NCBI RefSeq assembly: GCF_009914755.1
Contig: NC_060942.1
From: the human T2T-CHM13v2.0 reference genome, Homo sapiens
DNA: 64,000 nucleotides
Reading direction: 5' to 3' (one strand)
A program made the position numbers and the translations under genes. The notes under the pieces were generated by a model. That model did not search any database. It saw only the letters and a program-made list of their open reading frames with translations, and was not told the origin of the DNA. Shown here in pieces: positions 15,618-29,120 of this stretch (position 1 is the first letter of the stretch; every line of letters starts with the position of its first letter).

Positions 15618-17503
15618 GTGTAGGACCCTCCGAGCCAGGTGCAGGATATAATCTCCTGGTGCTCCGTTTTTTAAGCCCGTCAGAAAAGCGCAGTATTAGG
15701 GTGGGAGTGACCCGATTTTCCAGGTGCTGTCTATCACCCTTTTCTTTGACTAGGAAAGGGAACTCCCTGACCCATTGCGCTTCTCAAGTGAGGCAATGCC
15801 TCGCCCTGCTTCGGCTCGCACATGGTGCACTGCACCCACTGTCCTGCGCCCACTGTCTGGCACTCCCTAGTGAGATGAACCCGCTACCTCAGATGGAAAT
15901 GCAGAAATCACCCGTCTTCTGCGTCGCTCACGCTGGGAGCTGTAGACTGGAGCTGTTCCTATTCGGCCATCTTGGCTGCCCTCTCGACATTTTGATAGTT
16001 TTCTTTGTAAAAAGTCAGCCTTTATCTCTCGTGGACCATCATCTTCCTCACCAAATCCTACCTGTCTCTTTCTGCTTTCCAAAACATTTGTTCTCCTGCA
16101 AAGACTAGCTTTCTACCTGGCAGGAAAATAAGAAGCGTGTTCCCCCAGTTGTCACATGCTACCATCCTAACAGATAATCATACAAAACCCAGTAGCAACT
16201 CACTACAAGTTACCACTTGCAGAAAAATGGGGCATTAATTTTACCTGGATCTCCCATATGGTAGGCATGCCAGCCAACATAAAATTTTCAACAAATTTAT
16301 TGCACGAGGATTATACACAAGAACTTTTCACACTGGAGTCACAGATTAGCACTAGGTAACAACTTAAACAAACTACTACTCCTAGGCCCCAGCAAAAAAC
16401 ATGATTGGAAGACATGTTCTCTAAACTTCAGACAAAAATAATGAGTAAAGAAAATATTCTAAATCCAGCTATTTTTTGCTTATGTTCTACTGTGTTCTCA
16501 AACAATGGCTTGTAAATATTCAATATCTATTTTTTCTGCATCTTTATTTTTACTTCTATTTAATTTTGTCTCTTTTTTCACTCTAAACTCCATGCCCAAA
16601 CTCTTCCTGTCTGCCCTTACCCTTACTGAATGGATTTTTACAACTTTCCATTTTCTTTTATCTTTAGAATTTTTCCCTTTGAGGATCACACAGTCAGTTT
16701 TCCTGGCATAACCATTGCATTTCAAATACTTTTTTTTCTCCTTACTACAGGTGGAGCATTGTCCATGTATGTTAATATAAGATACTGTTTGTTTTCAACC
16801 TTTACAATTTATTTGCCTCAGTGAAATAATTATTTGTCTCTCTAATTTATCCCTTAAAAAATTAATTCACAATATGGAAAGAGCTATGACACAGTTTTTA
16901 TTCCCATAATTTTTCTTATCCACCATTGAGAGTAAAGATGGATGCCTTTCACTTTTGTATAGAGACTCTTCATACATTACAGTAACTTGGCTCTCACTTA
17001 CGGCTTTGAATGATCTTGAAGAAAAAGCGTGTTTGCTGGATCCAAAAGTTGTTCTCAGTCTAAACCTAATAAAATTTCCTCTTTGGCACCTTCCATTGGT
17101 TTTTTCCTAAGGCTAACATCAGTCATCTGTCTTCTGCCACATAAACTAGATGTGTGGAAGTGCTTAGAAACCTGTTTAATACTCTTTGCTCTTGCCAAGC
17201 TCCCCAGTAGCCAAAATTCTCCCACAAATTCTGTAATCAGTGCTTGAAATATCCATGAAATCAAGTTCTAAGACCTGCCTTCTCCTTCTCTCTGCTGGTC
17301 TCCCATGTGCTAATAAGAACTTTGAACATTTGTTCACCCAGGCTTCAAAAATGCACTTAAATTAGAAATGTTTAACATCTCTAAGAACTTGATACACTGC
17401 TAACTTTGAGAAGCACATACACGATGTTTCAAAAGAGGCCATCAATAATGACGTTCTTTGTAGAACTGTTTTAATGGCAAGAAACTAATTGGCTTCCTTT
17501 AAA

Positions 17504-17505
<2 letters not shown>

Positions 17506-17539
<34 letters not shown>

Positions 17540-17545
17540 ACACAC
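17506..17545. repeat. (CA)n microsatellite
   Basis: Read directly from the sequence. Confidence 0.97.
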
Positions 17546-18373
17546 TTATACACTCAGACCCTCCTGTTATCCTCTCTTGGTGATTATTTCTATCCTGCAG
17601 GCTAGGAGAATCTGGGCTTGGTTTTATAAACTAAGCTGAATTTCACTAACAAATGAGATCATTGAGATGACCAGGAGATGACCAAAGACCAGGTGACTCT
17701 GAAAGAACCTGAGTTAGGACATCAAGGCCCAGCACCCCCCGTCATAGAGAATCTGCCTCTTTTCTTCTCTTGGAGGCTGAGAGGTGTTTTTTTTGTTTGT
17801 TTTGTTTTTTGTTTTTTTTCATTAACTGCTTCACTTCTCTGGTATTTCCTCCATCATTTCTCCACCTCCTTTAATCTTAGAACATAGCTCTCCCTGCTCT
17901 TGAAACAGTTCTTAAAAGTGCTTCATTATTCACATCCTCTCTTGCAGCACCATCCAAACCATTTGTTTTCCTCTCCAGCAAAGCACCCCCTTTACGACTG
18001 GCAAATCAGAGGAACTTCCCTTTGCTCCTTTCTTTCCCAATCAACTTTATCCTATGTGTAAATTCTTCCTTTATTTGTTCCTTGATTTCTGTTATTCGTG
18101 CTCTATTTTTTCTATACAAATAAATTTCTTCATTGAAAGCCTTTAGTCTCATTTCCTGCCTTGAAAGTATTCTCTCTTTTGCTTAATTAAGACATGCTTC
18201 ATCCCTTGATGATCTTTTTAAATGGAGTTTCTGCTTATAATTTTTTATTTCCACATATCCTAAAGCGAATTTATTCCTCCTACATAGAACTTTACTAGAA
18301 TTTTCAGATTTTGAAAATCAATTTGACTGTTATCTTAAAATTAGAAGGAAAAAGGAGTATTCATTCAGATGTC

Positions 18374-18375
<2 letters not shown>

Positions 18376-18434
<59 letters not shown>

Positions 18435-18441
18435 TATATAC
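18376..18441. repeat. (TA)n(CA)n compound microsatellite
   Basis: Read directly from the sequence. Confidence 0.97.
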
Positions 18442-18459
18442 ATCCAGATGTTATTTTTC

Positions 18460-19830
18460 AAAAGACAAATTATTTACTGTCTGTGGTAGATATGGTGCTA
18501 GGCATTTGGGCTATACTGTTGACAAGTGGAGACTGACTCTCCACTCCCAGAGTTTTAGGGTTTACTCTGGAACTAGGTATGCGAAGAAACAGCAGAATCC
18601 TATGAAGTTGCACCACCATGAGGAGTACAAGAACCCCTCATCAGTAGGAAGTGATCATAGAGGTCCCAACAGGAAGAGGAAAGTGAAATTGACAGAGGAG
18701 ACAAAGTTTGCCAAGCAGAGAGCTGAAGAGCAGGTGGGAGAATGGACAGAAAAAAGGCCTTCCAAACAGAAAAAGGAAAACAACAAAAAACAAAAACAGC
18801 ATCTTCCAAGTTAAAGAAGAGTAGAGAGCATGACATTTTTAGGGAATTACATGTGCTAATTGCCTTAACAGAGATAAAATCCGATAATGCAGCCAGCCTG
18901 TTAGCAACAATAGCCCCTATTTATGGAAAATTCACTTTCTGTCCAGGAGTTTATGTTATCTTACTTAGTCCTAACAACTTTACAGTAAAGACATCCCCAT
19001 TTTATGGATGAAGAAACAAAGGCTTGAAGTATTTTTTAATGTGTCCAACCTCAATTAGCTAATAAATGGTGATGTTGGGATTGAACTCAGCTGTGTATGA
19101 CTCCATAGCATGCACTTCTTCAACTACGCTAGTATCTCTTCCAATTTTCGTTCTGTAGATGTAGGGGAGCCAGCATATAATTTTATACAAAGGAAAAACT
19201 TGGTCTTATTTGCAGAGAACTAGTTTGAGAAGAGATGAATTGTAGGTAGGGAGTCCTTTATGCAGACTATTTTAATAATCTAGCAAAGAAATTACAAGGA
19301 CCTTAATTGAAATAGGCAGCTATCAGGATAGAAAAAGAAAATGTAGCTCCAAAAATAACTAGGAATTAGAAGGAAAAGACCATAATGACTGGCTAAGTGT
19401 TAAGGAAAACTAAGGGGGAAGCGTTTCAAGGGTGTCTCCTGGATTTCTGAGTTGTGCAAACTGATGGTCAGTTGTGCCCCCTAATATAGAGGAGAGTGGG
19501 GTGGGACAAAATGTGGCTGGTGAATTTGGGTTTTGGCCAGTTTGTCTATGGAGCAGGCTAAGGTGTGCTACAGGCAGGAAATTAGGTGGAGGCTCAAAAC
19601 TGAGGTCAGAATTAGAAATTAAAAATGCAGGTAGAATGAGTTTGAAGCCATGGGAAGGTAGGATATTGACCAGGAAGCATATGAAGTGTGAAAAAAGACA
19701 GATAAAGACAGACAAAGGAGGGAGCAGAGAAGAGAAGTTGATGGAGTCTAAAAGGCCTCCATCACTGCAGGAAGTGAAAAAGAGGAAAGTGGAGTTGGAG
19801 AAACAGAGACAAAAGCAATTGCTAAGATAG
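18460..19830 (-). mobile_element. Fragmented L2 with an embedded MIR (~18900-19130)
   Basis: Purine-rich L2-like antisense stretches. MIR-like CCCCATTTTATGGATGAAGAAAC...GGGATTGAACTCAG. Boundaries approximate. Confidence 0.55.
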
Positions 19831-19837
19831 CATAATC

Positions 19838-20377
19838 ATGGCAGTGGCCAGGGCATTCCCCAATGATGATGGCACCTCTGGTTCTCAAGATCTGTGTAAT
19901 CCCCTCCCTTAAATGGGGGCTAAACTGAGCAGCTTGCTTCCCACTAACAGAATATAGCAAGGGTGAATGAGGTTAGGTTATAAAAAGGCTGCACTTTTGT
20001 CTGGGGCATTCCCTTAATCTCTCTTGAATTGCTCACTCTTGTGGAAGCCAGCTGCCACACCTTCAGGCAGTCTTGAGAAAAGGGAAGCCAGCTTCCAAGT
20101 TAGCAGCCTGGGGATAAGCCACATGGCAAGATACTGAGGGCTGCCGGCAACCACGGAGAGAGTCAGAAACAACACTCCACCACTAGAGCCTTGAGGTGGC
20201 TGCAGCCCCCCGCCAACAGCTTAACTCTCACCTCATGAGACTCAGAACCAGAACTACCCTGCCAAGCTGTTTGTAGATTTCTGGTGTACAGAAACTGTGC
20301 AATAACAAATGTTTCTGGTTGGTTTGTAAGCCACTAAATTTGGGATCATTTGTGTGCAGCTATAGGTTACCACTATA
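19838..20377 (+). mobile_element. MLT1 solo LTR (MLT1E/F-like)
   Basis: TGTGTAATCCCCTCCCTT, GAAGCCAGCTGCCA and the 3' end AAGCCACTAAATTTGGGATCATTTGT...GCAGC match MLT1 LTR hallmarks. Confidence 0.8.
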
Positions 20378-20559
20378 ATAACCCTGCAAATGTAGCCCCA
20401 AGAGTAAGATAGGACTATAAGGGCCTCTGCACATTCTGCAGTCACAATTTATATTTTTGTTATACATACATCTGTCCATTTGGGGAGGTCATGTATCATT
20501 TCATTAACATATTTTGGCCTATAAAGAGGTGGATAGATACGCACTAAGAAGCAATCGAG

Positions 20560-20810
20560 TATCATGGTAATGGATATAGACTGAAATCCCAACACTTGAA
20601 CTGCATTTCCTGCTTTAGCTCTTACTACCTGTATAACATTGAGTGTGCTTTTTTTGCCTCTCTGCCTTTGATGTCCTTTTTCACATGAAGGGCAATAAGA
20701 GTAGCACCTCTAGAACTGTCAGAAGGAATACATGAGCTAGTGCATATGACTCTTAAAACAGTTCCTAGAGCATTGTAGACATTCAGTCAACATTAACTAC
20801 TGCTATTATT
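20560..20810 (+). mobile_element. MIR
   Basis: Degenerate MIR layout ending in ...CATTAACTACTGCTATTATT. Confidence 0.55.
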
Positions 20811-21939
20811 ATCGTGGTGGGCTGGGACACTGAGGTGGATGTAAATAAAGAAAAAGAAAAAGAAAAAGGAAGAAAGAAATACTTCAATCTATTTTCTTAC
20901 ATTGACTAAACTGTCACCTCTATCAGTCAGTCTTTTTTTCCATTGCTTCACCTCTTCTCCCGAGATACACTTCCTTATTCAATACATTCACAAGCTTGAC
21001 CTTTTTTTGTTCTTGATTCACTTTCATATAAGCTCCTTCCCAGATTTCATCTCATGCATCTTTAGGACAACTATTCATTAGCCCTAACCCAACTCTAACC
21101 AACCCACACCTAACCCCAAGCTTAATCATACTGACAAGTGTTATAAAACCACAGGCCTATGTTCTTAATATGCAGAAACCCCCACTTAGTACTTCACCCC
21201 TGTTCTTCAGGCTACATCTTTGCCTGGTGTTGTGTGCTGAAGCCCTCCAGGAGCCAGCTTCACTCACATCTTACCTGCCTGAGCTACTTGCTTTAAAATT
21301 GTAAGAAGGGACAGATGACTTTTCTTAGATCCACAAGGCTTCCTCCACCTTCTCCTACTTATCCTAGGGGATACACTAGTTCTCTTCTCCTATATCCTTA
21401 CCTCTGGGGTTTGGGTCCCATGTTCTATGGATTAGTCATTCTCATGGTCTTGGATCTCTGCAGTTCACACCTCTAGAAGGCCCGTTCACTTCTTTCTTCC
21501 ACTATGGACCCGTCTTCTGGGGCAATGGATTATCATGTCCATTGTTGAGCAGGGCTGTCTTAATCCCATGCTGTTGACAGCTCTTCTGACTGATCTATAT
21601 AATACTCACCACCTCCCCATTTCCCATCCTCTCTGCATTTTGCCTTCGGTCTTCTGTGGCTCCCCTCATCCTATCTCGCCTTACACCTGTAGGTGGCGCC
21701 CATGCACCGGTGAGGGCAGATGGCGCCTGTTCTGTCCCTCCTGTCTCCTCCTGGCTGGGCTCAGACAGTAGGGAAGATCGGCCCTTCTTCCTCACAGAGA
21801 CTCTCCATCAACATAAAGACATCACTTCTGGGTCCTTGTTCTCCACACCTGGAAGGCTTCCACGAACAGCATATTTCCTGGAATAATTTCTTAAGCTGCA
21901 CCTATAATTTGTTTATCTTTGGACTTATAAAATAAGCTT

Positions 21940-22100
21940 AACATGTCTCAGCCTGGCTGTCCTCATCTGTGGAGGCCATCTTAAATGGTGGTGGTTTGAC
22001 AGGTTATTATTTCATCTTAAGTGATATAATGTATGCAATTGCTGGGTACAGTCTCTGGCACATGGTATACGTGTAGTAAATGCGTTGTTATTATTACTGT
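21940..22100 (+). mobile_element. MIR fragment
   Basis: TCTCAGCCT...CCTCATCTGT...ACAGTCTCTGGCACATGGTA...TAAATG. Confidence 0.55.
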
Positions 22101-23677
22101 TGGTGTCATCCTCAACATCATCAGCCCCATCATACACAAACCCATAGTCCTTTGCCCCTTAGGTGAAAAGTTCCTGGAATGTGGTTTAACTCCAGCTTCT
22201 CCTGCAGTTATAATTCTATATCCCCAAATCTGTCTTTTTCCTTTCCAAAAATATCACCATCCCCAAAGAAGGCCCGATTGTTTCAATCCCACTGCTTTAT
22301 TTCTGGAAAGAATGGTGAGAATTTTTAGCCCTAAACATGCTAAATAAAATCACAAATTTCTTCTAAGAGTTCTGTCCCTTTTTCTCCTATACATTCTCCA
22401 AAATAAATCTATTTTCTCTATTGATCTAAAGCTCACATCAAACTTCTTGTTGAAAAATATTTGATTTACTGAAAAATATTTCCCTTGGCTACCTCCTAAG
22501 TGAACTGATAGGGTACCCAGCCACATAATCTCTTGTTGGACAGCTCTTCTTTTCATCAAAAGAATCCTTGCAACAAAAAGCACCAGGAATGGCAGGTTAC
22601 GATGCTCTCCTCTTCTTTCGCAAACTTTCTAGATTTTCTTTCCTTCTCTATTCTATTTCTTTTTACTTATGAACTATATGAAAGGCAAAACAGACAAACT
22701 GGCCATTAGGATTTCAATAATTCCCTTACTTTCTCCTCCACATTCTATTTTCCCTTACCGTTATTCACCCTCACCTCACTCTTCCACATTTCTGCTGTCT
22801 CTTCCCTTCCAGGTGCTCACTGTAGTGGACCCTAACCATGCGAAAAAGTCATAGCCAAAATTCTCTGTTTCAGCACACAGTACTCATACAGATTACTGAC
22901 CCCAAGAGGTTGTATGAATTGGGCATACTCCTAGCTCTAACTGCCTCTGTTGGCCTCTTAGTCTCCCATTGCAATTGAGATGACATCTGCAACCTCTTCC
23001 TGGTATATCTCTCACAGATGGATCTGTTTTGAGTTCCTAACCATCCTGGGAGATAGTTTGATCAGATATCAGATTATAGATTAGACAATGCAAGCGAAAG
23101 AAAAGAACTTGCCTGAAGTCCATTTGACATATAGAAACCGGGATAAATTTACAATCTCACTACTTTCAGAGGTAAGCACTTTTCTTCTTATTATTTTTTT
23201 TAAAGAAGTCCTTTCCAAATATTCACAGTTGGATGTTTCAGTGCATGCTGCCCTTGTGTGAAAAACATTTCAACTTCCAATATTTTGTCCCTCTCCCCTC
23301 TGTGTATCTCACACTGACAAAGCCTGTTCCCCCTTGTAAGAACAAGAATCAGACTAATTGGCTCTGTAGGGTTGATTTGGTTTACGAATCCACATGATTC
23401 ATGAATATGAATCACCCAGTATGCACATGGAGAGGAATAAATGGTGTGACTTTGGGCAAGTGTCTTTGACTCTCAAGTTTAGTTTTATCAATAATCAAAT
23501 GAGAAAGTTAGATATTTGACCCTAAGATCCTTTATATTAGAAAATTTTGTAATTTTGCTATTTTAACAACAGCACAAATGATATTAAGCAAAATATTTCA
23601 ATCTCCTTTCTTGATGATAATGATACTAAAAAACATAAAAGCATGGGGATATTTATAAGTCTGTATTAATAATAGTA

Positions 23678-24062
23678 ACAAATATCACTTGTTCTCACTC
23701 ATATCTGGGAGATAAAAAAATTGATTTCATAAAGGAAATGAATGGAATGCAGGTTACTAGAGACTGGGAAGGGTGGAAGAGAGGGTGGAACAAAGAGAAA
23801 TTGGTTAATGGTTACAAAAATACAGTTAATAGAAGGAATAAATTCTAGTGTTCAATCACATAGTAGAATGATTATAGTTAACAAGAATTTATTATATATT
23901 TTCAAAATAGCTTGAAGATTTGGAATGTTCCCAACATAGAGAAATAATATGAGGTGATAGATACCCCAATTACCCCAGTTTAATCATTACAGACTGCATG
24001 AATATATCAAGATATCATCTGCAGCTCATAAATATGTACAACTATTATGTATCAATAAAAAA
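23678..24062 (+). mobile_element. 5'-truncated L1MA-type 3' end
   Basis: TGTTCTCACTCATATCTGGGAG...TTGGTTAATGGTTACAAAAATACAGTTA...ATAAATATGTACAACTATTATGTATCAATAAAA. Confidence 0.85.
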
Positions 24063-24074
24063 TAATAACAGTGG

Positions 24075-24320
24075 GTAATCTCTAACGTGTGTTTACTCTG
24101 TGCCAGAATGTGCTAAGCAATTGTCATGGATGGTCTAATTAAACCCTCATAAGAACCCCATGAGTTATGTACTACTATTATACCTTTCTTTACAGAGGAA
24201 GAAACACAGGCACAAAGTTAACTAACTTGCTCAAGGTCCCTGGCAAGTAGCTGAGCCCAGATTCAAACTCAGAGACTGGGAGAATCCTCAGGCAGACTTC
24301 TTAGCCACTACACTTGACTA
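24075..24320 (-). mobile_element. MIR
   Basis: TTACAGAGGAAGAAACACAGGC...AACTTGCTCAAGGTC...GAGCCCAGATTCAAACTC. Confidence 0.75.
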
Positions 24321-25573
24321 CCTTTGCTTTCCTAATGCTTTTCAATGACTAACAAATAGATAAACAGTGGCTATTAATTTCCCAGTGTTATACAGTATTA
24401 ATCCTCTAATTTAAGTAACCTGCAACTTTGCCTTTAATGGGTTATCAATAGCATATTTAGAGCTCTTTCTTGCAATTAGTTGTTGCATAAGAATTTCAAA
24501 ATAACGTCAAGAATAACAAATAGTTTTTACTTACAAAGAGACTTGCAAATTGAATTTCCTTCATCTGTAAAACCTCTCCACATAAAATTAGTCATCCTAT
24601 TTTATACTTTATTTTTAGGCTGCTTTATGTTCTCTTAACATTCAGTGTCGTTGAATATCAAAAATTGCAGCATTTCTATCTATATGTGAAGACTTTACTC
24701 ACTTCCCAGAGGTTCCTGCTCAAAAATTAAAGTCCATGCTAATTTTAGGAATTAATGTATTTTTAAATAACATGCACCTTACCCAGCTTTTAAGAGATTT
24801 GTTATGAATAAGGAGTAATCATCATGCATATGTATCATGCTGAGTGTACATGTGAATTTAACAGTGAATATATTTCATATGATTTTTTTCTGCTATTTAC
24901 TTTATGCTTTGATGAAGCGCCAAAACTAAAGTAATAGTCCAGACCCATACAATGCTAAAACATAGAAACTGCTACTCAGTTACTGAAAATTTACATTTTT
25001 ATATAAAGATATAACACTTAATATTATTACTCTGTTGAATTATTAATCAGTTCACATGACAAATGTGATACAAATAACAATAATGAAAGTAGAAAAGAAG
25101 TTATTTAAACCCATTCATTCAAAAGACATGCTACTCAAGAGTGAAGTATAAGAAGGACAATTTGAACATGATTGTTTAGTTTCAGTGAAACACAAATTGG
25201 GTGACTCAAACAAGATTCTAAACACGCATTGTGATCTTCATGCATTGATGCTGTATTTCACAACTCTTGAGATGCTAGCATTATACCTAGGAGTACTGTC
25301 TGAGGGGCTATATAGGAAACTTAATTTAAAACCATGGGTCTCCTTGTTACACACAGTGTGACATAATCCAAGAACATACACTCTGCCTTCATACCACTAA
25401 AGCTGTCACATACATTATTTTCAGACCAGGATTGGGAATTTTATAACAAAACATATTTCTATAGTTGAATCTCAAGACATCATATAACTGTAGCTCATGT
25501 AGCTTGGGCATTGAGTACCCTAAAATATTACATCTAATACATCTAAAATAGTAAGCATGCTGGTTATCCTTTC

Positions 25574-26065
25574 TGTATTAGTTTTCCATTGCTGCTATAA
25601 AAAATTACACAACCTTAGTGGCTTAAAATAGCACAAATGTAATATCTTACACTTCTGGAGGTCAGAAGACATTGATCTTAATGTGTCTTATTAGAAATAA
25701 AATCAAGGTGTTAGCAGAGCTGTGATCCTTTCTGAAAGCTCTTGGAGAGATTGCTTCTGTCTTTCAAACTCCCAGAGGCCACCTCCATTCTTTGGCTCAT
25801 AGCTCTTTCCTTCATTTTCAAAGCCAGCAATGGCAGCAGGGTCCTCACCTGGTATCAGTCTGACTCAGCATCTTTTGTCTCCTTTTTCCACTTTGCAGGA
25901 CCTTTGGGATTACAATGGACCTACTCACATGCTCCATGATAATTCCCCTATTTGAATGTCAGCTGATTAACAACCTTAATTCCCTTTTGCCATGTAACAT
26001 AAAGATACAGGTTCTGGGAATTAGGACATAGACATCTTTATAAAACCATCATTCTGCCTACCATA
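25574..26065 (-). mobile_element. MLT1C/D solo LTR
   Basis: TGTATTAGTTTTCCATTGCTGC...AGTGGCTTAAAA...ATTCTGCCTACCA. ~490 bp, complete LTR layout. Confidence 0.85.
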
Positions 26066-26659
26066 TCTTTTAAATGATTAAAAGAAAACCCTGATAAAAT
26101 GTTTGCCAGATCACAGGAGAAGTTTTTTTCAGACGTCAGAGAGGAACTATGTTCTAGCCACGTGGTTTTCCAGCTATGCTCACCATCAGATCTGCCAGAT
26201 GTTTTCATCTTCTCCGACATTTCCATAATCAAAAGTCATCTTCAACCCCAGGCCTGCTCTTTTTTCCAACACCAATTAATAAAGGACATAGGAGAATATT
26301 TGTAGCTGGCCTACCAAAATCCATCACTAGCCAGGATTGATATTTTACAATTTCTCATTTTTCTTGATGCCCCACATCAGTCGCTTTTAATTCCATTCAG
26401 CCAGCAATTATCTAGTGCCAACAAAATGCCTGGCACTGCACTTGGTGCTGAGGCACAAAGAGAAACACTCAAGCCATACTCTTGAAGAGCTTGCTATGTG
26501 TGTGCGTATTGCATGCATGCCTGTGTGTGCAAGTGTGAGATACACGGGTCTACGTATATATGCATGCATGTACGTATGAGTGTGTGCCAGAGCGTTGTTG
26601 AGAGTGGGGCATCCAGGACAGGTAGGTAGAAATGTTATTTCAGTGTAGTGTTCACACAC

Positions 26660-27390
26660 ACATACTGTGATTCTTTTCTATCTCCACTCCCCTTTCTCGT
26701 CCTGCTTCCAAGTCCCTGGTTCAGGCCATTATCACATCTTGCTTCAGTGACTACAAGTCTCCCACCTGCACCCCGTCCCTTCAGTCTCCCACCTGTGAAA
26801 TGTCCCACTCTCGAATATAAAAACAGCTGTAGTCGTGTCACTCACCAGCTCAAAAGCAGCACCATCTTCATTGCCTTTAGAATAACATATCCATTTCTCC
26901 ACAAAGTGTCTAAGGCCCTCTGGGCTCCACCTACCTTTCAAGTCTTATCTCCTTTTAATGTCATGTGTTCCAGGACTCAATGCAATCATAGCCATCCCTG
27001 AAATCCCTGCTGTGTTTTCCCAGCTCCGTATCTCTACCACTGACAGTCACTCCACCCTTTTCCCCTTATCCAAATGATGTCCATTCTTCAGAAACCAGAC
27101 CAACAATCACTCCTTCCATGGAACATTCTTCTGTCCCTCCCCTACTGAAAAGAATCTTTCTCTACTTACGGGGCCCCCACGACCCTTCATTTTAGATCCT
27201 TTACTAGGAAATCTCCATTTCTGCCTTAGATCTTTTGTTTTGCTAAATATCAAGGCCCCTCTCCCAGATTATAAGCTCCTTGAGAGCAGTCATTGGTTTT
27301 ATTCCTCTTTGAAACATTTACAATCACTTGCACAGCACCTTGCCCATGGCAAGGACATCGTGTTCGTTTGTCAGATTCAACTGAATGGAT
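26660..27390 (+). mobile_element. L2 3' portion
   Basis: Pyrimidine-rich L2 body and terminal AGATTATAAGCTCCTTGAGAGCAG...CACAGCACCTTGCCCATGG. Confidence 0.7.
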
Positions 27391-28255
27391 CAGTAGTGTC
27401 AACTTAAGAAGGTTGTCACAAACACTGTTTCTACAGCTAGTTCTTCTTGGAGGTGATGGTGGTGAGATACATTTTTTCTCTATTTTATTCACGAACACAG
27501 TGAGACATAGACAGGAATCGACAGACATCTACAGTGAGGGAACCAATTTCTTCTTCTGAAAATGACTGAAAGTCACTGATTAACCCATAAATTTAAAGGA
27601 CAAAATAAGTATATGTTACACAAAAACAAAAGTAAGATAACACAAAACTGCAAATGTCCTTAATAAAATCAGTCCAGAAACATCATCTGAATTACATACA
27701 ACTGCTACAGAAAATAAAGAACCTGTAGATTAGTAGGAATTCCTAACTTTGTGAATGTTGTCTGTGTGTATTTTTTTAATCAACTGTTCATTAATGAATA
27801 TGTATGGAAAAGACAGGCTATGAAGGCATAAAAGTGTTTTTGGTGTGTCATTGTCATCAGTTCTACTAAATAATTATCATTACACATCCAAAAATATCTT
27901 GAATGGATAATACTGAATAATCTAGATTGCCAAATTGCATTAGAAGGGTATTAGCTGACTCAGGAGACTAATTATAATGAGATATTGAACTGCTTATCTC
28001 TCATCTCAATCTTAAAACCATAAACCACACTGTATGGGCAATGGCTGCCAATCAAGGCCAGTGTGGGGTAGTGAAAATAGCCTTGAACGAGGGGTCAGGA
28101 GCCTCAGCTCTGTCATTAACTCTGTAACCTTGGGAGCGCTTCATAAAGATCATCCTATATGAGAAAAGCAGGGCCCTTCTTTAGAGAAATACAGCTGTAC
28201 TAGTGGCTGAGACTGCTTATTCACGAAAAAATACTCTTAAAATGCAGAAAGACTG

Positions 28256-28273
28256 CACACACACACACGCACA

Positions 28274-28316
<43 letters not shown>
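28256..28316. repeat. (CA)n microsatellite
   Basis: Read directly from the sequence. Confidence 0.97.
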
Positions 28317-28318
<2 letters not shown>

Positions 28319-28929
28319 ACTCACCTCTCCCAGACGAATACCTTCTTGCCTAATGGGCCAGTTTAGTGCTACTATTAACCAGATGATTATAATTTGAGCA
28401 AGTGTTATCCATCCATGTCCCCAAAACAGAAGCTGACATAAAAGTTATCAAATGCTTTTCTCACCCATAGAATTTATCAGCCAGAGGTCAAGGCTGAAAT
28501 TATTATATTTGTTTCGGAATCTACTTTTGAATAACAATAATATCTTTATATGGTGTTTTTAAATTTCCAGACACCTACCAACTATTTCATTTATTCCTGA
28601 TAGCCCAGTAGAGTCAATGGAACACATTTTCAGAAGTGTGCTAGGACTGGTGTTGGTGCTGAGTGCTTCCCATTCAGCTAAATTTGGGGACACAAAAATT
28701 ATTAAGACAAAGTTTCTGACTTCAGTTTGCTTTTGATTACTGGTAGAAACAACACATTGCGTTGTAACAATTTATTTACACATCTTGGATGTCCTAAGGG
28801 AGCACAAAGGAGGGAATTGTTATTTCCACTGGAAAAAGAAGTGTGTGTGTGCATGGCAGGGCTGAGGGAGGGAAGGCAGAGGGAGATGTCAAACACAGTT
28901 TCACTGAGAAGGTGACTTTGTTCCTGGAT

Positions 28930-29120
28930 TAAAGTCCCTGTTCTATCCCTTCCTAGGAGAAGCTCTGAATGCTACCGAATCTCTGTGAGCTTGAGATTCC
29001 TCATCAATTAAATATAGATAATAATACTGAATTCATAGGGTTGTCGGAAGGATGGAATGAGAAAGCATATGGGAGAGCAATTTGCAAGTAGCAAAGCACT
29101 CAATAAAGAGTGTATTATTC
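28930..29120 (+). mobile_element. MIR fragment
   Basis: CTCTGTGAGCTT...TTCCTCATC...ATAATAATAC...CATAGGGTTGT. Confidence 0.55.

Noticed and set aside
18311-18814. 167-aa ORF with a YIYIYI run
   Set aside because: Artefact of the (TA)n microsatellite and L2 remnant.
21082-21125. CCCTAA-like words suggesting an interstitial telomere
   Set aside because: Only 2-3 degenerate, non-tandem units, consistent with low-complexity chance.
26495-26590. Alternating purine-pyrimidine tract with TACGTA/TGCATGCA palindromes
   Set aside because: Best explained as a decayed (TG/TA)n microsatellite, in which palindromes are intrinsic.
28141-28180. Resemblance to the end of the 30.4-kb insert (TCATAA...CCTATA...ATGAGAAAAGC..GCCCTT)
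   Set aside because: Short, gapped, AT-rich match within a MIR remnant, too weak to call a donor site without an alignment score.
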